64,000 bases of DNA from Phyllobates terribilis (taxonomy: Eukaryota). The notes under the pieces were generated by a model. The model was given only the letters and a program-made list of their open reading frames with translations. It was not told the DNA's origin and made no database searches. Within the stretch, counting starts at the first letter, position 1. Every line of letters begins with the position of its first letter. The DNA is taken from positions 480,252,001 through 480,316,000 of the forward strand of contig NW_027362761.1 in NCBI RefSeq assembly GCF_046119375.1, in the 5' to 3' direction. A program made the translations under genes and the position numbers. This document shows positions 12,700 to 23,300 of the stretch, one piece after another.

Positions 12700-14130
12700 A
12701 TGGTCTTCTTGGCCAAAATGGGGCTATCAATATTACCCGAGCCCTGTCTTCTCAAATTTTGCGAAGAACTGTCGGTATCAGAATTAGAGGAGGAAAGGCA
12801 TAACCCAGCCTGAATCTCCAGTTGATCAGAAGGGAATCTACAGCAAGAGGATGATCTTTGGGATTCAGGGAGCAAAAGAGATCCACCTTCCGGTTGGACC
12901 TGGTTGCAAAGATCAATGGAGGGGACTCCCCACATGAGCATAATTTGGTGGAATACTGCCTGATTCAAGACACATTCGCCCTGGTGAAGGTGTACTCGGC
13001 TGAGGAAATCCATTTTGCTGTTGTCTTCCCTTCTCATTTGTACTGCAGAGATAGAGGCTAAATGTGTCTCTGTCAGGAGAAAAATACGTTCTGTTATCCT
13101 CATCAGTGTCCTGGACTAAGTACCTCCTTGGAGATTTATATATGCTACCGATACTTGGTTGTCGGACAGAATTTTGACGTGTTGGCCCTGCAATGCCGAC
13201 AGAAACCCCTCTATAGCTTTCTCCACAGGTACCAACTCCTTCACATTGGAGGAACTGGTTTTTAAAAGGACCTGACCAACTCCCCTCAAGTATGTGCCGA
13301 TCTAAGTGGGCCCCCCCATCCCGAAGGACTGGCATCAGTTGTGACTATCCTTGTAGCTGGGGACCAACAGGAAACTCCTGTGGACAGTACTACACCGTCC
13401 AACCACCAGCGGAAAGACTCCAGCGTAGCTGGTTGCAGAGTCAGTTTGCTCTCTAGATTTTGGCGTAGGAATTCCAGATTCTCTAGAATGTCCCACTGTA
13501 TAGTCCTGGTATGACCTGGGCCCAACGGACTCCTGGTATGCATGCCGTGAGAGACCCTAGGAGTGACATGGCCCGCCTCAGAGTCATAGTTGGAGAGTCT
13601 ATGGCTTTTAATACTAACGTCTGAATTCTCATCACTTTGTCTGGTGGAAGGCGACACTCCTGAGTGACTGAGTCTAGTGTAAGACCTAGAAAGATCTGAG
13701 ACGTCGATGGAGTTAATCTTGATTTGTCCATGTTGACAAGCCATCCCAAATTTTGCAGCATTTCAAGGATTTGTTGAATCTGTTCTAAACAATGCTGAGT
13801 CGATATTCCGACAATTAAAAAATCGTCCAGATGTGGCACAATCAAAACTTTCTTCTCCCGAAGATGAGCTGATACCTCCGAGATTACCTTGGTGAAGATT
13901 TGAGGGGCGATCGCTATGCCAAATGGAAGAGCCTGATACTGAAAATGTCTGACTTTTGAATCCACCTGAACCGCTACCCAAAGGAATTGTTGGGACTGGA
14001 CGCATATGGGAATATGGTAATATGCGTCTTTTAAGTCCAGGACTGTCATGTGGCAGCCTGGAAAGAACAATTTTATTGCAGACCCAATTGACTCCATTTT
14101 GAAAGTAGGAACCTCCAAGATAGCTGTTCA
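12700..14130 (-). pseudogene. DIRS RT / RNase H / methyltransferase-like ORF remnant
   Basis: RT ORF 13483-14118, RNase H motif TTDASPSGWG near 13310-13340, and the MT-like IDL... and LGYAFPPLI motifs at about 12780-12920. Several frameshifts; boundaries are approximate. Confidence 0.85.
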
Positions 14131-14699
14131 GGTCTTTTAGGTTTAGGATAGTTCTGAAAGAACCCTCTGGTTTCCTTATCAGGAAGAGGGGAGAGTAATA
14201 CCCTCTCACCTCCTCCCGGGTCGGAACCCGAACTAGAACTGCCTTGTCTAGGAGACTTTGGATTTCGGTCTCCAGCGCCCGCTACTCGTCTTGCGATGCT
14301 CTGGGGGGCGTAACGAGAAATCCGGCTGGTGGAAGATCTGGAAACCACAGCTTCAGCCCTGCCTTTTTGAGTTCTGGGATCCAGTTGCTTGAAGAAATCC
14401 ATACCCAGGCTGGGAAGAAGTGATAGAGATGACTCCCCACCTGGGAAAAGCGTCACTTGGATGCCTTCTTGGTGACACGGAAAGATCCCTTAAGCATGAA
14501 TCCTCTTCCTCCCTTTCTCTGGTCAGACAAATTAGATTGGTCTTTCTTCGGGGAATATTTTCTCGAGTATCTTCTGGTCCGAAAGAGCTTCCTGAATGAG
14601 GAATAAGAAACATCAGGGAATTTTTTCTTTATATCCCCTTTCTCCGAGATATCGTCGATGGCTGCTCCGAATAAATATTCCCCTTCGCAGGGGAGGAGG

Positions 14700-15950
14700 T
14701 TTAACTTATTCTTTGTTTGTAGGTCTCCCGGTCAATTTTTTAACAACGCTCTCCTGGCCGCATTGGAAGAGGCTGCAGATCTTGCTGAAAAAAATGGCGG
14801 AATCCGAGGCGGCCGCCAGAAACGCTGCAGCCCCTTGTATGACAGGGACTGAGGCCAAGATATCCTCCCTAGGAACTCTGTTTTTTAGCTGGTCAACAAG
14901 CTGATCTAGCCAAACCATTAGGGATCTGGTAGTATAGATGGCCACAATACCTGGTCTCAGTCCTCCTGCTGATGACTCCCAGGTATTTTTGAGGAACTGG
15001 TCAGCTTTTTTGTCTAATGGGTCCTTCAGCGTACCCATATCTTCAAAAAGGTAGCGCATATCTTTTAGAAGTTTTTGCAACTGCGACATCTAATTTCGGA
15101 GCTTTATCCCAAGAGAAGCAAGAAGCTTCCTCAATGGGATATTTGCGTTTCATAAAGGTCGTTGGAGCGCCTTTCCTATCTGGCTTCTTCCACTCTCTGG
15201 TTATGAGAGCCTGGATTCTTTCATCCAAGGGAAAGGGGTGTAGTTTTTTCTGCCCCAACCCCCTGAACATTAAATCCAATTTAGAAGGTTGTGTCTTCTC
15301 TTCTTCAATCCCCATTGTAAAAAAGATGGCCTTGATAAGGTTACCCACTTCCTCCACTGGAAAACAGTAGCATTTACTGGAATCTTCATCTGAAGAGGAT
15401 GCCGAGGATTAACCCGAGGACCCACACTCTCCTTCTGATCTATCTGAATCCTCTAACGGCTGGTGGGACACTTTAGAAGAAGATGGCTGATTCCCCTGAG
15501 AAAAAGTCTTAAAGGTATTTTTTACTTCAGACCTAATTAGGGACTGCAGGCTGGAAGGAAAACCTGGCGACTCTTCCGCAACGGTCTGTTCTATACAGGC
15601 TCTGCATAATTTGACAGGGGACAGGGAGAACACACTCACAAAGCCTACATTGGAAATGTCTAGATTTAGCCGATGATTTCCCAGACTATTTCTGAGTCTA
15701 AGGACCCAAAAAAAAAAAGCAGGGAAAAACAAATTAATAAAATGACATTCTCTGAGTTCTCTCACCCATCAGATGTGAAGAGGTACCGGAGCTGGAGGAG
15801 GACCCTTGTCCTGGGACAAATCCCCTCTGGGAGGTCTTGCAGGAAGAATGACTGCCACTTCGGTGTGTCTTCTTCTGGGACTCCGTCTCTACTGGAGCCT
15901 CCATGCCACTCATGGCTGCTGAAAAGGAGCGCCGTCGACTGGAGCAATAA
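14700..15950 (-). pseudogene. DIRS gag-like ORF1 remnant
   Basis: ORF pieces 15409-15765, 15043-15357 (REWKKPD, WDKAPKLDVAV) and 14706-15089, plus a CxxC...CxxC motif (CRLC...LCRAC) split by a frameshift. Confidence 0.7.
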
Positions 15951-16863
15951 TACAGCAGCAGTTGGATGGATAACTAAGGCAAAGCTCCATTCTCTCTTCT
16001 GGCCTTTTATCAGGAAGTGCTCCCTGCAGCCCGCCTCCCAGCTTGAACCCGGAAGTCCGGGTGAGTCACCTGACTGGAGTACTAGTCATTGGGGCCGCCC
16101 CCTAACGTGCGCATGCCCAGGGACGACGCCGCGCGTGACGTCGCGGGTCCGCCCCCGGAAGTCCGGTGCACTCGTCATCTGACCTGCCTCCTCCGGCTGG
16201 CCAGGCGTGTGCACAGCCCCGGAGACCGGGTGGACGCCCACCACAGCATGGCGCCGCCCGCCGGGTAACTTCACCAAGAGGGACCGACAGCCGCAACCCT
16301 GGTGTCTGGAGTCACGGGGCCCGATTCGGCCTACCCTGCGCCCGCACCCAGCAGGTACATTCAAAGGGGAGAAAAAAAAACAAAATCTTCTGGAACCACC
16401 GTTCCTGAGGACAGAGAATCAACTGACGTGGGGAGAGGAACCGCCCCTTTTAAGCCTGACGGTTCCCTGTCCTTGGAGGGCGGATCCCTCTCTCGTTGGG
16501 TGCTGTCATGGACCACTAATAAAAAGAAGTCTTGTGCACATACACTTCAGTATCTGCATGTGGTCAAGCTGCTGGTATCTAGAAAGGCCAGGCTGCTTAA
16601 TACTTGTACAGATCCACTTCTCTCTCCACTACTTCACAGTTCAATTCTACATATTTTAATATTTTCTCTTTGGTAAAATTAAATTGAAATAATTTAAAAA
16701 TGAAAATCAAAAACATTTTATTTACATGAATAGTTTAGCACAGAACTTTACATAAACTACAGTTCACATTCTAGGTATGCTGGCACAAAGGAAACCCGAA
16801 CCGAGGTTTGTAATGTCACAGCAGAGGCTCAAATAGGAGAAGGTACAATGGAAACGTGACAAG

Positions 16864-16869
16864 TTTATT
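16864..16869 (-). terminator. Candidate RAD17 poly(A) signal AATAAA (a second one at 16717-16722)
   Basis: TTTATT on the + strand about 160 and 310 nt downstream of the RAD17 stop. Usage is not verifiable here. Confidence 0.5.
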
Positions 16870-17030
16870 CTCTTTTGTAATAGCTTCTGTTTGAGAGAAC
16901 TATAAAATAAATGCATAGACTATTGGGAAGATTATTTACAAAGCAAATTTGCATGAACATAAATTTTTAAATAAGTCCAGATAGAATACACTAGATAGCA
17001 GCCAAATGTAAACCCTATACATGGCGTGTA

Positions 17031-17292
17031 TCAGTCACTGTCAAACTCCTCTATCCTCATCTCTTCATCTTCCATAATGGCCTGAGCAGTCATAGGTTGA
17101 GGTTGACTATTTGGAAGATCAGTTTCTCCTCCTTGACTGGAAGACAGTACTGAACTACCTGACCTTTCCTGAGTCTTGGGTCTGATTTCACTTCCCCTTT
17201 CTTTTGTAGCTTGTCCATTAGGGGGGTCTTCATCACAGCTATCACCATCTGGTACTCCGGAATCCTTGTCAGTCAGTGCTTCAAGCCTCATC
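17031..17292 (-). CDS. RAD17: RAD17 coding exon 16 (last; [11 protein letters not shown]...IEEFDSD*)
   Basis: Acceptor AG at 17293-94; similar to the human C-terminus RLKMEALTD...IIEDYESD. Confidence 0.95.
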
Positions 17293-20200
17293 CTAGACCA
17301 AAATTATACACAAGTCATGACTGGGATAATATAAAACTTAATATTTACAGATAGCACTGCTACAGAGACATTTAAAGGGTTATTCCCAAAATCACAATGT
17401 GGTTGTATAATAATGTACACATATTTTATTAATTTGTGCCAATATAACTCTTTTTTTGCACATATCAGCCCCAGAATGATGCCCCTCCTTGTTCTATTTA
17501 CCCTCCAGTTACTAAAGGAACCTTCCTGTAGTAATTCCAATGCTCCTTGTTGATCATGTGCAGTGCAGTCTCTATCAGCTGGCCTCCAGCATGGCTCTGC
17601 CTCTATCTGACAGAGTGTAATCTACCTTAAGAATACACTTTGCCTCTGTGCACAGCCTACTTCTGTATAGTACCCTGCATGGCCGATTTCATCTTTTGCT
17701 AACCACATCAGTATTGCCATCAGCGTGGTTTTATATCATTGTTAGTTGGTTTCTAGCAGAGCTCAACTCTCCTGCACTCCTCCACATCAGGGCTTGTAAT
17801 AACTACTAGGCAGTGCAGAGCTGTGTTTGTTAACTGCTGCTGACAGATCATTGATGTGAAATTGCAAATGCTGCTATGTTCTTGTAAATGGAAGACGATA
17901 ATCCTCTGCCATATGCATCAACAGAGCTTTATTTGCAGCTTCACATTACTGATCCTCCTACTTATTATTGGAGGTGTAAGGGAACATAGCTGTCATTCAG
18001 GCCAACAAACTCATATCATCTCATTTATTGCAACACTTTTGATAAAACTTGGGACAACCTGATGCACAAATACTCTACACAGCATTCTCTGAAGTCTCTC
18101 ATGCCCTGTGCCAGGTATGACACAAACTTCACTTTTACTGTGTTTATTTGAGAGTAAGGTCAGATATGGCATTCACAGCAGCCAACATCAATTTAAGCTT
18201 ACTTCTGGCTTAAAACCCAGCACCTACAAGGGGTTGTTGTTTACTTCCATCTTCACCTGAAAGCTTCTCTTCAAATATAAAAAGTACATTGTTCGTGGCC
18301 TAAGTAGCTTAATGGTTAAGAGTTATGATAAAAATCAACCCAATTAAAACTGGGGCCGGGGAGGGACACTGAGCGATAAATAGCAGTAACCCTCTTCACA
18401 TTTCCGGAAACAATGAGCTTGGCCACATTCACCTGCTTGTGATTTTTGGTGTGGATTCGGCATTGAAAATCTGTTACTACTCATATTACAACATGTGGTT
18501 CGGGGTGGTGAGGGGGGGGGGTTTCAAAACAGTCTCAGAAACAATGATTGATATCTGAATCTACTCGATTTATTGAATTACGGAAACTCGGCTTAAGAAA
18601 AACTTAAACCAACACTGCCTAATGCCAAAGACAACACACTGGCAGATATTGCACATCAGAAATGCTAATTCAGCATGACAAGCTCTGTGATACCTTCTAA
18701 AATTTGTCTTCAATGGAAGCCTGCCAACATCCTGGATATATGCAATTTGTGCTGCAGAAAGAAAAGAAATTACCTACATCAATACCCCAAAATGTAGCCA
18801 GGATCACCATTTGCAAGTGTTGATTGACAGGTAACAACAACTTTTAATGCAGAGTATTAATAACCACAAACAAAACGGGGATATGTGTTGAGGACAGGGA
18901 TGTATAACAGGAAGAGGCAATGGTCGTGGAATAACCTTGTAGTTTACCTTGGTTTCTTAGAGGGTTTGTGAGCTTTGCCAGGTATGGCACCACCTGGGTC
19001 TGAAGGCACATTGGTGAGGAACAGAAACTTGAGAAAAGTTCTCTTGCTGCAAGTGTATTTTCCTGATACTGGAAGTGAAATTAAATAGTAAAATGAAGAG
19101 AAAGGAATGTGGAGATCCAAGAGATACAGTTTGGTTGAAAGAACAAGTAAAAATATGCTTATACAATAAGTATCAAATTACCCAGAACAGAAATACAACA
19201 TAGTTGGAAGACAATACTCAAGTTGTTAAACCAGTTTTTAGAAACTGCCTTACTACCTTTATAAAGAATCTTTACTTTCAAGTGTATTTTCAGAATAAGC
19301 TGTACATTTACATGAAAAATAATACTATATCTGGCCATTGTAAGTTTTGTATCCTGCATTTTCACCAGTTTTCACCTTTGCAGGTTCTCTCTCTAGTTTA
19401 CAAGTAACTCTGAGTTGGGGGTAGATTCACTGATATGACTTCTTCTATACACAGCACAGCAAGGAAGACTTTCTGCTCTTCATTCCTTTTTAGCACACAC
19501 AGATTACACAGCAGTACTGAACAGCTCTATTCTTATTTTTTTTTTAATTTCGCAGGAAAAATTGTAGTTTTCACTAGTATCATTTTTGGGCACATTCAAC
19601 GTATTATTCACTTTTTATGCAATCATTTTTTTGGCAAGGATGAATAAAATACAATAAATCTGGATGGTTGATATAATTACGATGATAAAGAATTTATATA
19701 TTTATTTTTATATTTTACTAATTATGTTTGCAAGGGGTTGAAGTTATGTTTTATATAGAAACCATTTTTTATTATTAAGAATGGGATTGACTTTTTTCCC
19801 CCCACAATTAGACTTTGATCGCATAGATAATACACTGTACAAATTAAGTTGTATGGTGTGTTATCTAACATGCCAGTGTTGAACTGACAGGTAGCCCATC
19901 ACATCTCACCCCCATTGGGATCTGATAGTCTGCTGTATGTAGTAGACAGAGGCCATTGCTATTCCTCCAGCTACCATTGCAACCCCTAGGCACCCCCACA
20001 ATCGCACTATGGGGGTGCCGATGAATTAATAAAGAGAGCGATCTGTCACCGTCAAAGTCTTTTCTTGTGCAGACAGTATGAACACTGCATGTAAAGAGTT
20101 AAACAGGGAGGATAGCACATAGATGTGATCTTGGTTGCTGCAGTAGGAACCCAGCTGTATGCAACAGCTGACTCCCGCTGCGAACGACACATGCACAGCC

Positions 20201-20301
20201 CCTGTGCCTGTTCCATCCCCGTGCCATACATGTATGGCATGGTGCGGCAAGTAACACTTCACCATGACTTATATGTACGGCAAAGTGTGCAAAGAGGTTA
20301 A

Positions 20302-20332
<31 letters not shown>

Positions 20333-23300
20333 TGTATGTATGTATGTATGTATGTATGTATGTATGTATGTATGTATGTATAAGAATAAAACACGTTGAA
20401 CCTTTTTATTTACGAGAAGCCATTGTGGCTTATGTAGAGGTCGGAATCCAACTCCTGATTGACAACTTGCAAAAGCCCTGGAACTGTTGGCATGTATTAT
20501 ACCTCTGCTCGCCACTGAAGAGCCATAAACATTCAGCGTAGATCGAAACTGGAGGGAATAAAAAGATGGAAACAAACATATAAAGATATAACTCACATAC
20601 AAGATATATGATGAGATATGCGTGACAATTGCAATCCTGAACAAGGACAAAGATATGGAGGTACCTGACAAATTACTACATTTTTTAATCCAACAGCATT
20701 ATGATGGTATAAAACAAGTCTAGTAGTTATTGGGCGCTTACCACATAGAGAGCCATTCTCACCTGCGTGGTATCTGGTTTTGTAGCTCTGATACACTTAC
20801 TTCTGTAGCGCTGACGTCCCTGCCCTCTGCTAGGCAGGGACGCTGCTCCCCTCACCGCTCTGCTCCGTGCCCGGCGTCCTCTCCCCGCTCTGCTGTCAGC
20901 GCGCGCTCCTTCCCGGCGTCCTCCTCCCGCTCTGCTCTCAGCGCGCACTCCTTCCCGGCCCCTGTGCTTAGGGCGCGCGCGCTCCCCTCCTCTTAAAGGG
21001 GCCGCGCGCGCCGTCCTAAGGAGTCCTCGGCCAATGGCCGGAGGACTTCATCATATATAAGGCACCTCCTCCAAAATGGAGGTGCCCGAGCAATGTTGTT
21101 TGCACCTGTGTCTCACCTGTGCTTCAGCCCTCAGGTCCCGCTGCCAGTTACCTGCCAGTTTCCTGCCAGTTACCTGCCTGATTCCTGCCTGAATACTTGT
21201 TACCTGTCTGCCAGTCTGAGGTCCGACGGTCTGCCTTACTACTCCTGTCAGTCTGTCTAAAGGACCAGCCTGCCCGCTCACCTGGGAGCGCACATCAGCT
21301 ACCTGCCTGCTTTCCTGAGGTCCGACGGTCTGCCTTACAACTCCGGTCAGTCTGTCTATGGACCAGCTTGCCCGCTCACCTGGGAGCGCTTCTCCGTTAC
21401 CTGCCTGCTTGCCTACCTGGAGGCTCCGCCGTCACGTGCTGTGACCACCAGCTATTCCAGACTCTTGCCCGCTCACCTGGGAGCGCTTCTCCGTTACCTG
21501 CCTGCTTGCCTGCCCAGAGGCTCCGTTGTCACGTGTTGTGACCATCAGCTACTTCAGACTCTTGTCCGCTCACCTGGGAGCGCTTCTCCATTACCTGCCT
21601 GCTTGCCAGCCCGGAGGTTCCGCCGTCACGTGCCGTGACCACCTGCTATTCCAGAGACTCTCGCTTGCTCACCTGGGAGCACACATCTACCATCTGCCTG
21701 CTAGCCTACCCGGAGGCTCTGCCATCACAGGTCGTACCTACCCTTTACCCAGAGACTGCCCTGATCACTTGCCGTATCTCCCTGTCCGTTCATCCAGAGA
21801 CTGCCACCCGCTCCCTTACAAGGGCCGCCCCCTTGTATAGTAGCTCAGAGGTTCCGCCTCCCAGACCCGTTACAGTTTGCTCGGGCCATGGAACCCGGTG
21901 GCACCCAAGCTCCCTCGCTCTCGGACCTCTGTCTTGAACTGTCCCGTCAGAGGTCCCAACAGGAGGCCATCCTGGGTCACCTGCGGAATGTTAATACTCG
22001 CCTGAACACTCTGCCTGATCCACCAACAACCTCCGCCAGTGCCATATCTTGCAATCCGGCAGCTCCGCTGCCCACTAATACCATGGTATCCTACCCCGGA
22101 CCCCGGCTTTCTGCACCTCCTCGCTTAGGAGGCGACTCCGTCCAGGCTCGGGGCTTCTTAAATCAGTGCACCCTGCATTTTGAACTTTTGTCCTACCAGT
22201 TTAACTCCGACCGGGCCAAAATTGCCTTCATCATGTCCCATCTCACCGGGGAGGCCCTGGCCTGGCTAAATCCTCTATGGGAGAGAGGAGACCCCCTGGT
22301 GTCCAACTTGCCTGCTTTTCTCACGGCTTTCCGGAAAGTCTTCGACGAACCCGGACGGAAGACCTCATCTGCATCATCGTTGCTACGCCTCCGTCAGGGG
22401 AGTCTCACCGTGGGCCAATATGCCATACGGTTCCGTACCCTTGCCTCGGAGCTGACCTGGGATAACGACGCTCTGGTTTCCGTCTTCTGGGAGGGTCTGT
22501 CCGGCCGTATTAAAGATGAACTTGCCGGTCGGGACACTCCTACCACTCTCGATGACTTAATAACTCTTGCCACCCGGATTGACCTACGGTTCCAGGAGCG
22601 TGCCAGAGAGGTCACCCGTGAGAGGAGGTTACCACGTCTAGCTCCTACTTTTCAGAAACCCGTCACTCCTTCTGTCTCTAACCAGGTACACCCTCCTGAG
22701 CCTATGCAGGTCGACCAGACCAAGATGGTCAAGACCCGTCAGGACTTACGCCGTGCCGAGGGGACCTGCTTCTACTGTGGCAGTAAGGAGCACCAGATCC
22801 GTGCCTGCCCGGAAAGGTCGGGAAACGCCTGTGTCTAGGTTCGCTCAGAGAGGTCCACCTAGACAAGAATAAATCCTCTCCATCCCTGCTGTTGTCAGTT
22901 TCAATCGTCTACGGGGAGAACCGTTATTTCGAACTAGCCCAACTGGACTCTGGAGCAGCCGGGAATCTTATTTCACAGTCCCTGGTAGAGAAATACCGCA
23001 TCCCCACCAAACCTCTGGCTGTACCCTTGTCTGTGGCTACCGTGGATGGGGGGCTCTTACCACGCCCCATCCAACTCATCACCGAATCCATTACTCTGCA
23101 GGTGGGAATGCTGCATTCTGAGAGTATCTCCTTTCATGTTCTGCCTGGACTCTCTCACGCCCTCTTGCTAGGTCTGCCTTGGCTCCAGAGACATGCACCC
23201 GTGCTTGACTGGCAAACCGGAGAAGTCCTTCGCTGGGGACAAGACTGTCATAAGACCTGCCTGGTTCCCGTCCATCCCGTCCGTCCCTCTCCTACCCCAG

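Larger units (their letters stand above)
11203..16523 (-). mobile_element. DIRS1-type tyrosine-recombinase retrotransposon, full length but inactivated
   Basis: Inverted terminal repeats (16423-16513 vs 11241-11331) and an ICR at 11463-11547. Disrupted gag, RT (LDLKDAYYHIPI, ALPFG, HLDD), RNase H (TTDASPSGWG), MT (GYAFPP) and YR (SARRIGDIQAL, AHSTK, HYRLD) remnants lie in the expected order. Confidence 0.95.

Noticed and set aside
20099-20671. 190-aa ORF with YIHT repeats
   Set aside because: Only 20402-20548 is a RAD17 exon; the rest is read-through into intron and the (TATG)n microsatellite.
21051-21937. Several 65-114 aa ORFs duplicated at 26322-27493
   Set aside because: They lie within the LTRs and are duplicated only because the LTRs are; there are no recognisable domains.
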